From positions 174,626-238,625 of the forward strand of contig DF236974.1 of assembly GCA_000708835.1 (NCBI GenBank): a stretch of DNA of 64,000 nt, given 5' to 3'. This document shows positions 1-13,390 of the stretch, piece after piece. The first letter of the stretch is position 1. Each line of letters opens with the position of its first letter. Position numbers and translations under genes: made by a program. This DNA comes from Klebsormidium nitens. Taxonomy: Eukaryota > Plantae > Klebsormidiophyceae. Below the pieces are notes generated by a model that saw only the letters and a list, made by a program, of their open reading frames with translations, searched no databases and was not told the DNA's origin.

Positions 1-588
1 TCAGCCTGACAGCTGGCTCGGCTGCAAAAAGATTCCATTTGCTCGACCAATCAGACTCTCACGCAGGGAAATCTCAGCGGCTGAGAGCACTCTGCGGCGA
101 AATCACGTGTTAGCCCACGTGAGTACACCTTCTGATTTGCGCAAGGCGGGAAGTACCGGTATTGAGACCGGTGTCATTCTCCATCACCTGTAGAGGATCC
201 CTCTGACCAGGGGTCAGCAGAAAGGGGTTAAAGCCACTGGGTTAATGCCACTGACCCAGCGGTTGAACCGGGCATATGGCTTTCCGGCCGCAGTTCCTCG
301 CTCTGGTTCCAGATAAAATCGAGATGAAAGCGGCCGGGCCTAGATTGTCTATCGGGTAAACGGGCCGCATCCCGGTATCGAAAACCGGGGACATGAAAAC
401 ATAACCCTGGGCCTAACAGTCATGTTAAAGTTCAAAACCTTCCGCCAGGGTTTTTAAATCTCCAGGCTGTAACAGACTTGGGTTCCAGAAGGGTCGGGGA
501 CTGCATTACCTAATGTTATGGCCGACTGGTAATCTAATACCAGTAGTCCAGAAGGGGTCCAAATTTCAAACCTCACGGGCTCACTACA

Positions 589-891
589 GTGGAGGCCTTT
601 CTGAAACAATGTGCGAGAACCATGCAAGAATGTGTCACTAGGCGTCGTAGAGAGCAGGAACGACGATTCAACGGATACAACACAATCAATGGCATCAGTG
701 AAACGGACCAATTGCGCAACTTAACGAGTCAGCGCACTAGCATGAGGCAAGTGTTCAGGCTTTTGAACGTACTTGATGCATTATATTTTACCGGCTCACG
801 CGTGACAAACTCGAACTTTCAACTTTCTTCTCCAGATTCCTGGCCAAGCAAGCACAAGTCATCCATGTTAGATTCCCACGTACCATGCTGA
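589..891 (+). CDS. Possible terminal exon of a gene starting upstream of the window (hypothetical)
   Basis: A 100-codon ORF with a CTACAG acceptor-like site at its 5' edge (581-588). No recognisable family and no upstream exon available. Confidence 0.25.
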   Translation: MEAFLKQCARTMQECVTRRRREQERRFNGYNTINGISETDQLRNLTSQRTSMRQVFRLLNVLDALYFTGSRVTNSNFQLSSPDSWPSKHKSSMLDSHVPC

Positions 892-1178
892 GCTTCAGTT
901 AACATGTATGTTCCGACCATTGAAAACATGCTTTGAAATGCATTTCTACAAGGCCCTCTAAGAAACGACCAACATCTACTCGAAACAACCAACATCTTGT
1001 CAGCGACAAGATTCTAATACTTCGTTACTTGTGCAATCAGATCTATGCAACTGGACCAAGTACAGATGTTTTACAAAGCCAAATCAATCGATGCTGCTTT
1101 GCTAGCCTCAACCACGTCCATCCATCCGAAGCATAGGCCGTTGGCCTGCAGTAGGTGAGGACGAGAAGACCTTGACCT

Positions 1179-4100
1179 CTAGCGAAACATCGTAGCGAGT
1201 GAGGGCAGGATGCTCGAGGCCGTTTCGAAGGCTGCCCGGGTCGCCCAGCTGAGGCCTACCCGGATCTTGTGCTCCGTCGTTGGCATTCTATAAGCGTAGG
1301 CTATTTTTCTCGCTGCAGGTAGAAAGAGACACGTCTTTGAGATCCTGCCAGCATGCTACGACGACACGCTTCCTGAAGTAGGGCTGGTGTCCTTCTCGAG
1401 ATGGCAACCGAGTAGGAGAACGTCATGCTGCACCGACCGCTTCACCTGACAATGGGACCTGAATCCAAAATGCGTTTCCTCGACGTGACGCCGCTTCACA
1501 TTGGACAGGAAATCTGGAATCCTCGACTACCACCGTACGCTTAGCCAAGACCATTTGTCATAGCACTATCTTAGCACTCAAATCAGCCACGTTTTTATTT
1601 TACCTTGGGTCACGATCCTACCGGTCAGCAAAGCGATGGAGTCGCCACCGATGGTCAGAAAATGTGGCGCCTCAAGCTTCTCACCTATGCTCCCTAACGG
1701 TCCCTCCAACGTCAGCCCGCCGGGTAGGTTCAACGTCACGGTTCCGTCCTTGGCTCCGAGGGTCATCATCTCCCCCAAGTGCTGGTACCTGCAAGCAAGA
1801 TTCTTTATTAGATGCCAGCAAAAAGCACCTTCGTTGCCCCAAGTCGAGCGGGCTTGTGCGAATAAAAGTCCGCAGATTTGATTGACTACGAGATTTGCAA
1901 ACTGCACGTTCCGAAAGTTCGTAAACGGGTTGTGTTCGCAGACACGATAAGAGCGACTGGGCTCTGGAAAAGCAGTGATGTATGCCGTGAATGCTACCGT
2001 CCTGCTCGGAACGCCTGGCATCCACAACAAAGTAACCAACATACAGCAGCCGTTGAGGTCAACATCGGGCGAAAGAGAATAGGAGCGTAGCAAAAAGGCG
2101 ATCGGAATGATGATAGCGCCAGGGTGGAGCTTTTGATTTGACGACTACTCAGTCAAGACTTCGTGAATCGGCTCATAGTAAAGCGTGTCTTGCAATGCAA
2201 GTCCAGCTTCTCTCACAGCTAACGAGTGATTTTGATAACCGCTGTCGTCATTCCGATACAAAGCGCACATAGCGAAAGACAACGCGGCTTACGACGACGC
2301 TTCCCAGAACGGATGCCGAAGACAGCTCCGGGCTTTGCTCACAGTGAATCAGATCGAGCGGCTAAATCCTCGACAGACATCACACAAAATATTAACCTCG
2401 CACAAAGGCAGTTCTACTTCGTAAGGAAGAACTTTGATAACACTGAACGTTGACCGTCACACTCCTGCTTTGTCCTTTTATTTTTTGCGGAACACGAACC
2501 TTGCCTGCGCATGATTTCCCCGTCAAGGATCGTAACACCCCTGTCTTGGACACGTAGCACAGTGCGGCATCGTTCTCTAGCCACAGAGTCCCATACCTTT
2601 CTCACGACGCAAGCCCCCAGCTTCAGAGGACTATTCTCCCGAAGCCAGCCAACTGTTCCCAGTGCGAGATCCATACTCACCTGAAGGGCAGCAGCGGCCG
2701 ACCGTTGATCGCGGCCCAAATGTTCCACCCGACGTAATCCGCCGCCTGAAACGCCACCTGGGCCGTCGGGGCGAGCGTTACGCCCTGCTTGCTGGCCACC
2801 CCGGCCGCGTCCCCCAGTGCGAACACCCGGGGGTGGCCCTTCACCCGGAGCGTCTCGTCTGTCTCGGTCTGGCCTCGGCTGTTGAGCGGAAACGGCTGGT
2901 GGCTTGCGTCGCCCTCGGGGGCAACAGCCTTGGTTCCCACCTGATCGGGTTTGAAGAAAAACTTTAAGAGGACTTGCATTCGAGATCCGGCTTGCACCAC
3001 CAGAAGAGATATGAAAGAGCAAGTTCAAGATGACGTGCATTCGAGGTCAAGGGAAAGCGCAATAGGGAGAAGCTCTATGTCGGATCGCACAGCCTTGCAC
3101 CCAGCTGGAGGCGTATACCACAGCAGTTCCTCGAAAACGACACGTAGTCTGTGTATTGCAAGGCACGACAACAAACGCAGAATTCCTTTCTTCCTGAGAG
3201 AGACAAAAACAGGGTCAAACGTACTCCGACCAACTCTGCGTCGTTCAGCTTCCCACATTTGAGTCTGAAGGCGAGGACCTAAAGCAACATCTTTATCGCC
3301 CGAGAGGCCAAGCTCCTCACCGTCCAGAGTACCAGATCCGCCTCCATCTCGGTCGGCTTGCCAACACCGCTTGCCACGTGTTCAACCTCCAGATACGCCC
3401 TTGTCGACTCGGCCGTTCGCCCGGGGGCTTCCCGAATTGTCGTAACACGGTAGCCTAGCGCAAGCTCCACGTTCCGATCCTGAAGGACCTGCACAACAAG
3501 GGAAAAGGGCGGCGTTTGTATTTTGGGGCGTGTCCGGTTCGGATTATTGCATTCCGCATCTCCCTCATCCGAGAATCGAAATGCCAAAACGACCAAGCTT
3601 CGGAGAGAAGGTTGTCGATGCACACAGATGCCCCAAAAAGTAACCTCGCCCGGACGTCAATAGTTTCCAAGGAGTAACGACCTTCAACGACCTTCATCAC
3701 TGTTGGTCCTGACAAAGCAGTCAAAAAAGATGAACTAAAATGAACAAAGAAGCACGTAAAAAGTTTGCCTCACCTTTTTTGCCGCTTCCCTGTTGCCCTG
3801 CACCCCGCTGGCCACAATGGTTTCAGACGGCTCAATGATCTGGACCCTTGCTTGGGAGCCAAACCGCTCTGCCACTGTAGATGCAAGCTCGACGCCAGTG
3901 TACCCTCCACCAATGATTGATATGCGCAACGGCTGCGGGGCTTGCCGTTGACTCCGCTGCTTGCGCAGGTCAGCCTCTAACCTTGACAGTTGCTTGTCTA
4001 CCCGCTGCAAAGAGTGAAGAGGCGGTTAAGATGATACAGGCCGCAAATGACCTAAAGCAAGCGTACTGGGCTCGAGAAAGCGAGTAAAGACATGGTCGGG

Positions 4101-6070
4101 CTGGACAGATGAAGCAGCGATAAAACCGAGTTCCGCTTTGAGACCGCCAGAGTAGTAACGTGCGTGAGCTGTTCTGTCGAGTTGACCGAGAGAAAGTTGG
4201 GAAAACGCTCTCGAAAGGGATCCTTGCGGAGCTGGCAGCTTCGCAGCATTACACCGACCTAGTACACAGGCCCTGACCCCCCGAAACACCGATCCCACCC
4301 GAACGCTGATGCTTCGGCTGGCACGAGTGCCAAGCAGATGGTTCGCAGGTGGTTTAGGGCTCAGTATAGACGGAGTTTGCTTACCTGCGCATCTTCCAAG
4401 GTCGAAAATGGCAGGGCGTTCTCTTTGGCACCGGGCACAAAGCTCATCTTCATTTCTGCCCCAAGGGCCAACACGAGCCTGCAGGATTGCGACTAGGCGT
4501 TTTCAAAAAGATGGACAAAGAGGGGTTAACATTTCAGGAAACTGCCGAGGCGAGAGACCGGAGAGGGTCTTGAAATGCGGAAGGTGACGGCCAGCCTCTC
4601 CTTAAGTCGATGGCTTCGCGCTTAAATGGAGCTCTCATGTGATCCTACTACTGCAGGTGCGCTAATGTTGACGAGAAGTCTGGAGAAGGACGAAGGCCTG
4701 GACTGTATCGAAATACCGCCTTGCAAGCTGTGAGACACCTTTTGGAGAGTCGTGCATCTTCAAGACTGCTCGAAAAACTGGAAGGGCATCTTTATAACAA
4801 GCGAGCCTGAAAAACGACTAGGTGCCAATCTCAGACAAATCAGTAAAGCACACAAGAATGCTGCTTCCATTCACCACTGACTGCCTGACAGAATTAACAC
4901 TCACCAATCATATGCAATCTCCTCCCCACTCACTAGCCGGACCACTCCCCCTGGGCCTACGGCAGGCATGACCTCCCCTTCCCTATCGTATGGAGCTACG
5001 CTTTTGACTTTGCCCTTCAGGAAGCGGACGTTTGTCCTGGACAGAAGCTCCCTGAAGGGTGGGGCAATCTCCCAGGGGTCAGCCTCTGCAAGTAAAACAA
5101 AGATATATCAATTTCGCACGGTCAAATCTCCCAAGGGTCAGTCTCTGCAACGAAAACAAGGTTAAGTTCACTTTCGCAGGGTCCAAACATAAGCGGTGGG
5201 GTTGGATGAAGCTCCGGTAGCCCACGACCAGACAGGTGAAATGGCCCAACTGCAAGTGCGACCCCCCTGCTCTTCCTTGCAGACAGATTGTCCTCCTCCA
5301 GATTTTGGGAACATGTTTCCACTCAATCATTGAGCTGAAAAGTGGTGTGACCGAGCGCTGTTGTTGAGACAACTCGTAAGCTGGAGTTGCAGCACAGAAT
5401 GATCGTCGAACAAACAGAAGCAAGGTAGTAGCACTGACTGCAAATCAATGCCGCTGTAATCACCTCTATTAAGAAGCTCGTAGAGCATGGGCTTGAACAC
5501 AAAGCGCTCCGACTGGTCCACCAGCATGATCTGCGGCCGCTTGTCGCCAGGCCACGTCAGCGAGTCCAGCCTGAGCGCAGTGTACAGGCCCCCAAACCCG
5601 CCTCCGACGATGCATATTCTTGGTCGGCTCGGATCCGGCCAAGGCACCGATCGAGGGATAGCTGCTGCTGAGGAGTCTCCAAAAGGTTGGGGATGTGAGG
5701 GAGAGTCAGAGCTCTGGGTAGAGGGAGGAGAGGTGTCGGAGCTGCCGGCAGCCGCTGTAACTCTTCGTCTGCCTCTGGAAACTTGTGTCCGCTGCTTGGA
5801 CCTGTTGAAACCTGGCGACGGCGCCGGGGCTGGACGTCTGTGGTTTCTGTCACGAGCATCAAAGTTGTAAGATACTTGTTGGAAGATGCTAAAAGAAGGC
5901 TTTCTGCTGGTTAGGGAGATCTGCAGAGGGCAGCCACAGCTGCGTTCTCTGATCAGGAGCGGAAACAGCAGGCTGCTGCTGGCAAGATGGCTTTGACCTG
6001 CACCCCTGTTGGAAAAAGGGGCAAGCTGGCTAACAAAACCAGCTGCCTTCGCATGCCCAACCGACGCCAT
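1179..6070 (-). CDS. NDC1: Plastid type-II (alternative) NAD(P)H:quinone oxidoreductase, NDC1-like, 8 exons
   Basis: Exon 1 (5464-6070) has a transit-peptide-like N-terminus, then RICIVGGGFGGLYTALRL and RFVFKPMLYELL. Later exons give ADPWEIAPPFRELL, WLVLALGAE, IIGGGYTGVELA (second Rossmann motif), RVFALGDAA...TAQVAFQAADYVGWNIWAAINGRPLLPFR, YQHLGEMMTLG (1685-1788) and RKIAYAYRMPTTEHKIRVGLSW ending at TAG (1179-1312). Junctions are GT-AG. Confidence 0.92.
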
Positions 6071-6757
6071 GGACAGTTATGCACTTTGGCAGCCCCCAAT
6101 GCAGCAGGCCCCTAAACAAGCTGCCCACTTTGCTGTCCCCTAACAAAAGCAGCAATGCGAGCAAGCTGCTCAGAATTGCTTTGCGACGAACAATGGTGCC
6201 AGCACTGATCAACCTATCAACAGTGAACCTACCAGGAGGAAATGGAAATTTCGGAAGGAACGCAGCTTTTCCAGCCCAACTCATCGTGTGTGTGTGTGCC
6301 TGCTCGAGCTCTAGCTGAACACACACGAGAAGACGGCGACGTGGAACGACCTGAGCGTTCGGTACTGCCGGTTCTTGTCAGAAGCTGGTTATACCATTAC
6401 CAGGGAAGAGTCTGAGGCTCTAATAGTATGGAAACGCATCATTAACAGCTGGCTAAAAGGAAAACCGTCAACAGCACCGTTGTCTGTGACGCCCAGTCGA
6501 TTCACGGTGACAGCGCCAACTGGAACTCAAGACGGAAGAATATCCACATCTAGTTGTTGACAGCGCATTGAAGCAACTGGTGCACTGCAAAATTTGCTGA
6601 AAGTTTGCAACAATCGCCATTGCTAGCTTGATTACCTAAGCCCCTTCGTTCGCATTAGGTGCTCCACAGGCTCCATAGAATGCTCCTCGTTGGCGATTAT
6701 CAGCGATGGCTGCGACTTATACTAGGGAATTACCATCATAATATTCACGCCTTCGAA

Positions 6758-9700
6758 ATGCAAACGTCGTGTTCTGAGGAGCCAGCATTGATCTCGAAGT
6801 ATAGGTGCCAGGTGCAATTTGTAAGATGGGCATTCCGAAGCGGCAAAACAGCTCGAATCATTTCTTGATTTAGAACAATAGCTAAAAATGGCCTAAACGG
6901 CTGTACGCTAAAAGTCAGCATGAACTACCATCTGCAATTTCCGTTGCATTGGACTGAGGGCCATGCTGATTCACAGGTTCTCAGAATCGAGGCAGGGTCT
7001 GGCAGCATTTGCTTGAGTTGCTTCACTTCGGTCATTGCTGATCAGAGAGCTCTGTTAACTCAGAAGGTGTTTGCTGTGAGCTGCGTGTCTCAGGTTATAG
7101 AGGGAGATCTTCAATTTGCTTCGGCACTGCTAAATTACCGCGCCCTGTTCGTCCGTCCAATCATTGAAGCGCTAGCGACTGGCGAGGATGAAGAGCTCTC
7201 AATGGGGATCTGTAGCATCTGCATCTGCTTAAGCAAACGAAGTCGACCATTTCTGGACCTGTTGGTGTTCAGCGTTTGCTGTGAGCTTGAATGCGAGAAC
7301 GATGGCAGTACGACCTGTTCTTATTTGGTAAGCTTCGTGTCACTTGTGGAGACTGAACCGCTCGATGTACAACTGCCTGATTCAGTGGGAGCTCTTCAAG
7401 GCTGTTGCTTCAATTCATTTTTGATCAAATTGTCGACGAAGGTCTCGGATGACTTTATTTCAACGCAAAAGCCACAGCAAAAAAGCCTCAGGTGCACTGA
7501 GATCTGCTCAAGACAACTGAATACGAGATTTCCAAGATTGATGCAGATTACTGATTAGAACTTGGTACCTTGCAGTTGCACATCCTCGGGAAACTGGTGG
7601 ACCTCTTTTGCAAACAGGCAGGAATACTTCCTCAACCGCTCAAAGCACCCAGCTGCCTTTCAAATATTGTACGAAGTTTGCAGCATCCAAGGTAAGATGA
7701 CCAAGCAAGCACTGCGCCATTCTTTGCTCCTTTCTTGTTCTAGCGAGGTAAAGTGCGTGGATTCATTATGACTTCTGCCGTTCAGTATTGTGTGCTGAGC
7801 ACTTGCCTTACGAAGAATTCAAGATTTCTCCACACGTTGACCATCTCTGTTGGCTCTTCCCTCATCCCTACACCGCTAAGTCCTTTCTGTTAGATATACC
7901 AGAATCTGCGACTTTTGTCGCCGAAGCTTTGGCCTCGCACCTTATGGTAAAACCACCACGACAAAAAACCGTTTCGACATTTTGTTTTCTCCCAGTGAAA
8001 GGGTCCAAGCGGATGCCCTGTTTCTCCTGTTCAAGCTCGCCTCCGTGCCTGATGGCGTGGAGTTTCTTCATCAACTGCCCCAGATACTCTGCACCATGGT
8101 GGAACAGACGCTGCTGGTAGCTTCCCAATCCACGGAAGATGATCTGCGCATTAACAGCCTGGGTAAGGATACTGAAAGAAGCTCTCATCAACTTTGTAGC
8201 TTCGATGTGGGAAAGATATACGAAACTTCAATTGAATTGCCTTGCGTCACTCTTCAAGCAGGCTGCAGACTCAGACGGCCGAACTCCCATCAAATGCTCT
8301 CTGTTGAAAGCTCGAAGCCTATTGAAAGTTTTCAGTGTATTTGACAAATGAACGTGCCTAAAGCTTCCAAGCTATGTGCAGCACTCCTCAACACGCTGGC
8401 AAGGTGCGGCCTCCTCAGTCTGACATCCTTCGACAAGCGTGGCGGACATGCGATTCATCGAAGCGGCCAGGATATCAAGCTGCTGACGGAGGCACTGAAG
8501 GCTTCGCTGCTTTCCGCTGACGTGCACGCACAGCTGCTCGCCTGCCAGTTGACCACCCTTCTCGCTTGCGACCCTTCTCTCGTCACAGAGGCAGACATCG
8601 CACCGCTGGTAGAAGCGGACGTCGACATGTAAGTGACAGATATCTGACTTTGAGATCCTGCTTTTAATATTGGACGTGTTTGGCTGCTCTTTTGAATGTC
8701 TCTGATTACTTCGTGAATCCGAGTTTTTGATTGTCACCGCAAGTCTTCGAAGAGTTCTGACCCAAGCCTCAACGTTCTTCATCTACAGGTTCGTTTACGA
8801 AGTGCTTCGAACCACAAGACCAGGTACTGTGCATACCCATGCAGACTTTCCTCGTTCTTCCTGGCTCTTCGAAACGTCGATCTTCCTCAGCAGCGACTTC
8901 GTACCTTGTCCTATGTTTCTACAAGAACATTCCTTTCGAGACGCTATTACTTCAAATATGCGCAGTGCACGAGAAGCATCTTCTCTCTCTCACTTGAATG
9001 TTCATCTCTCCCTTCACGTCTGGAGAGTGACCTGTTCCTCAACCCGAACCCCTTGATGCGCAGGTGCGCAAGCCGTTTCCGAAGACGCGATCCTCGCGGC
9101 CGCCATCCAGGCCCTCAACGCGCTCTCCCGTGCGGGAGACCCGTTCCGCAGGCACTTCGTGTTCGGCTTCGAGGCAGTCGTGCACGCGCTGGCGAGCGCC
9201 GTGGAAACCAGCTTCGCCGCTCTTCAAGCTGACGTGTGCGCGCTGCTCAGCACGGCCGTAGAGACTAACCCAGGCAGCCTGCCGACAGCCAGCTCCGAGC
9301 AGCTAGTCTGCGCTCTTGCTTCGGTTCTCGAGCAACATTTGGACGGGATCCAAGCGACCTCGTCGCACAACGAACCTCTCAACCCCGCCGTCTTTGCCTG
9401 CACTTGCGGCTCGCTCGCGAGCGTGCTGACGTGGCGGTCCAGTCTGCTGACGTCAGAGAAGACGGCAGAGGCGCTGACGGTTGCTCTGAGCATTCTCAGT
9501 GCCGTTGACGGCAGGAGCGAAGCAGAGGACTACATCCGCGTGGCAGCCAATCTGCTAGCAAAAGCGATCGGCGTCGTCCTTTCCCTAAACAGCGGCGGGA
9601 TTGGAGAAGGGGAAGCTGATGTTGCAGCTTTGCTGATAAATCACTGCGACGTTTACCTTGTACCCGCTTACATAAGCTGCCAGGAAGATGCGCTAAATTC

Positions 9701-12700
9701 GAACGTCCATATTGCCGCGCACGAGGCCCTATCGGCTGCGTTGCAGCTTCCAGTAGAGTGCGCGCAGCTTCTCGCGCAGAAGCTGGCGGCGACCATGTGG
9801 ATCCGCCTCGACTTCGAGCTTCTCGCAAGGATGACTTCGGAAGCCACGCTCCGCGGAGCCATTTTTCGCTTCTTGGCAGTCCTCGTGGGACACGTGTCTG
9901 GCTCAGAGGCCGGCGAGCTGATCAACAAGGTGATCGTCAGCCTGCCGCACAACGCTGAGGGTATGCTGGCCGCTCTAGAAAATTCTACTGGCGGGACGAG
10001 AGAGGACATTGCGCTACAAGAAGCGGTACTGGCACTCCTTCACTGTGGAGCACTGTATCAGGAGAACCGGTGAGTTGCAGAAACAGGCTCTCTTCTCGCA
10101 CCGAGTATTATGGTCATATCTGCGGTACGCACGGCACAGAAGAACTCAACGTATCCCAGATTCACCCCTTTCCTCCTGTCAAGCTTCCTGTGGTAGCAAC
10201 CTTGAAACCCCGTCAGGGCTTTCAAAGATTTCAGGAGCTTTTATGTAGCCGTTCCAGGCATTCCTGATAGTGAACTTAGTTGTTGTAAGAATCTTGCAAG
10301 ATCTGACGGATGCATTCGATTGCAGGATTGTCGACGAGGTGCAGCTCCTGGCGAGCATCGAGCGCCTGCTGCTGTCGCCTGCTTGGCAGACCACCCCGGG
10401 CGTGTCGGACTCCACCATCAAGCACCTCCTCTTTCTCTATTCAACCACCCGCGAAGCCTCTAGCGCGGGAGGCGTCCGCTGGAACCCGCGCGCTGAGCGC
10501 GCGCTCGTGGACCTCCTAGACGCGCGGGGCGCGCTGCCGGCCGCGGCGCACGAGCTGCCACTCCCCGTTATCGCGTGGCTTTTCCAACAAGAGCGGCTCC
10601 GGGACTTCTGCACCAGCCAGATCGAGCGCTGGCTGATCGAAGCACCCGATGCGGGAACAGGAGTCCTGGGGCTTGCGGCGGAGGTGCTTGCCAAGACAAG
10701 GGAAGCGCCGTTGTTCGTGTCGAGCGTCGTCGAGAGGCTGACGTCGAGTTGTGCATTTGAGCCGATGGGGAGGCTTTTCCAAAGCATGAAGCAGATTGCG
10801 AGCGGTTCCGGAGAAGCGGGGACGGCGCTCGTGCGAGGGGGACTGATCGAGAAGGTGCGCGATCAGCAGAAGCTTTGAAGATATCCTGTGCGGAAGCTTT
10901 TCAAAAGCAGGCTCAATAACCCGTCGAACGATTCTTGATCTGACCAGATTGACGGAGTCAAATCTCATCAAATCATCTGTAACTTTCGCAGAGATCAGAG
11001 CTTTTGAATTGCTGATCCACCTCAGAAATGAAATAACATCCTCGCAGCCCTTTCTCACAGTCGAAGGCTTTGATCTCTATGATTTGTATCCAGCGAAGCT
11101 GGTTACACCATTTACGAAATCAATCTTCTGCAGATAAGGAAGCTTCTCCTTCTTCGTGTGAGAAATGTACCGGTCTCCATCCTCACTGGAACCTTCGACC
11201 TGATTGGCGCACTTCTTCCCAACCTCGCAAGGGTAGCCGCACACGAAGCAGGAGAATGGGGACATCTCTCTCAGCAGGTAATTTCCGCCGATTTTTCGTC
11301 GAATATGGTCCCGAGCCTGCACCTGCACCTTTGATGACTACTGAATTGTAGAACCCCTGGAAGGGAAGGTAGTGCACGAAACATGCCTGATACAAAAGAC
11401 CATTTGCGATCTCCGATGACCACCTGCGACTTTAGATTGTTCAGAAGGGCGAAACCTGCTCGCACTTCTGTACAGGGTTTTGAGGTACCCGTTCCTTCTG
11501 CAGATTCTTACTCTCAACCGCTTCTTTGATCACAGGTGTGTAAGATTTTCCTAGACGAGACGCGGCAGCCGGCGTCGCCCGCATCGCTTCCTCTCCTGCT
11601 TGCCGGCTTGAACCTCCTAAACCGCGTCCTCTTCGACGGCCTCCTCCAAACCCCCGCGCTCCGCGAGCCCGCGGCCGCGCTCCTGGGCAACGCGGAGCTC
11701 AGGCAGTTCTGCGAGAACGTCATCCTCGAGTCTGCGCGCTCGCAGTCCAAGGGCGCGCGCGCGCAAAGCAGCGCCCGGGACAAGCTCCTTCTGGCAGCCC
11801 TGACGTTCCATCACTTATGGCTGTACAGAAGTGCCCTCGAAGTTCCGTCGTTCCGTCTGGCTGCTTCCGCTCCGGAACCATCCGCTGTGAGCTTCGGGGA
11901 GCTGCTCCAGATCCTGCAGTCGGGGCCCAGTGCAGCGCGCGCTGTTGCATCGTCGTGCCTCGTCGCGCTCATCTCGCAAATGGGGGATTCCGGGGTCCAG
12001 TGCGGAACGGATAAGGAGCGGCACGGAACCCCGTCTCCAAGCGGAGCCCTCACGGGGCCTCATTTGCGCGTGCTCGCGTTCCTTTTGCATAACCTGCTGT
12101 CCTCCGACGGCGGGCTCCTGCGACGGAACGGATTCCGCTGCCTCGCCGGGCTCTGCCAAGCCGGAAGCCTGCCTCCCGGGGTGAGCGAAGTGGCGACCCA
12201 CAGCCCTTGGAACCGGTTCCTCGCGCAAGAGTTCGTCGCTTCCGTTTCCGCTGCGAGCGATTCCGCTGGGACGCTGCCGCTCGAAGCGGCGCCCCTAATG
12301 ACAAGCTTTCTGCGCCTGTCCCCGAGGCCAAAGTGGCTCGCAAACGTGTTGTCGCCGCAAAGCTGCTCGAAGATCGTCGACTGGGTCTGCTCAGCCAAGC
12401 AGCTGTCGCCGGATCTGATCGAGTTTCTGTGCGCGCTCCGGGAGGGCGGTTTTCTGGAGGCGGACGACGTCTGCAAGCTGCAGGCCTTGTTTCAGGCGAG
12501 CCTTCCCTTCGTCGCCTGCAACCGAAAGGAAGCGGAGTCCAATCGAGGATGAGTGAATTGTCAGCGACAAAAACAATCCTGTTGTTGCCTGGTTGCGGTG
12601 GTACCTGCGAGCTGAAAACGTGTACCTGCGATTCGCAAGTCTAGATGGGATCTAAGTTTTCAACCAAAAATAACATGGTTTGGTTCCCACTCTTGTACAC

Positions 12701-13026
12701 CAGCGTAGCTAGAGCTTCATGCTCCTAACCGTTCTACAGCTGTCGACAGCGAGATTGAAATTCAACAATTGCTTCGCTTGCAGAACGTTCGAAGAAGCTA
12801 TTCGGAGGGTGCAGCGTACTGTGATCTGCCACTGGCAAGGTCCGAGTCAGCAGACGACTGTCTGCAAGTTATCAAAGACGTTTTTGTAGTAATTGCAATG
12901 CCCCAGAGTCTTGGCCTAGGAGCCCGGCGCAGTTTCATCCAAACCAGAGACCAAGCATCCGAAGGCTCAGACGCGTATGTGAGCAGTCTACTTAGACATG
13001 TGAACGTATTTCTGCAGACAAGATAA
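6758..13026 (+). CDS. PRD1: PRD1/MEI1-like meiotic double-strand-break formation protein (ARM-like), multi-exon
   Basis: The N-terminus RCQ/GH...GSICLSCFTSVIAD...LFVRPIIEAL resembles, from memory, plant PRD1 (C..GH...FCLICFSNLVSD...FLVSPLVHAL). Later exons CLSNIVRSLQHPSERVQADALFLLFKL, EDDLRINSL/ALLNTLA, LTEALKASLLSADVHAQ and FRRHFVFGF follow the PRD1 motif order. Long open exons at 9159-10073, 10270-10878 and 11536-12495. Start and stop positions are approximate. Confidence 0.75.
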
Positions 13027-13239
13027 GAGCAGAGGATGTGTTCGAAGGACAACGAACACTCAGGAGGCAGCGAACGTCAGTGCAAGATTTCCCTGGACAA
13101 TTAACAAGTTGTTCCAGCATTGCACTTGCCTAACAATTCAATGATGACCAGGCTGTCTGACCACACCGGCATAGATCTACCTAACTCAGTCAACTCCGAC
13201 ATTGCTCGCGTACATGACATATTCACTGCGAGAAAGCGT

Positions 13240-13390
13240 TTTGTCCGAACACGGTCCGAACCGGATCCGAACCCCTTTTCCCCAGTCCGAAGCGGGTCTG
13301 AAAGCTTCGCACTCGGTTCGGACAAGTGACATGTCCGAAAACGTACTGAAGCCGGTGCGAATTGAGTTCGAACCTGATCCGAACTGGGCA
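13240..13390. repeat. Cluster of (T)CCGAA/TTCGG motifs with an 8-bp hairpin, possible degenerate MITE remnant
   Basis: About 6-8 TCCGAA-like words within 150 bp. TTCGGACA (13317-13324) pairs with TGTCCGAA (13332-13339). No TIR or TSD found. Confidence 0.35.

Noticed and set aside
197-460. Cluster of GGTTAA/AACCGGG words and short inverted repeats at the window start
   Set aside because: No TIR pair, TSD or regular period could be defined within the window.
1578-2093. 171-aa ORF as a stand-alone gene
   Set aside because: Only 1685-1788 is coding (NDC1 exon 7); the rest is intron read-through.
9033-12476. Numerous long overlapping ORFs on other frames or the minus strand (e.g. 10516-11058, 11815-12228, 12060-12476)
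   Set aside because: They are shadows of GC-rich PRD1 exons, which have few stops in alternative frames; no independent splice or family evidence.
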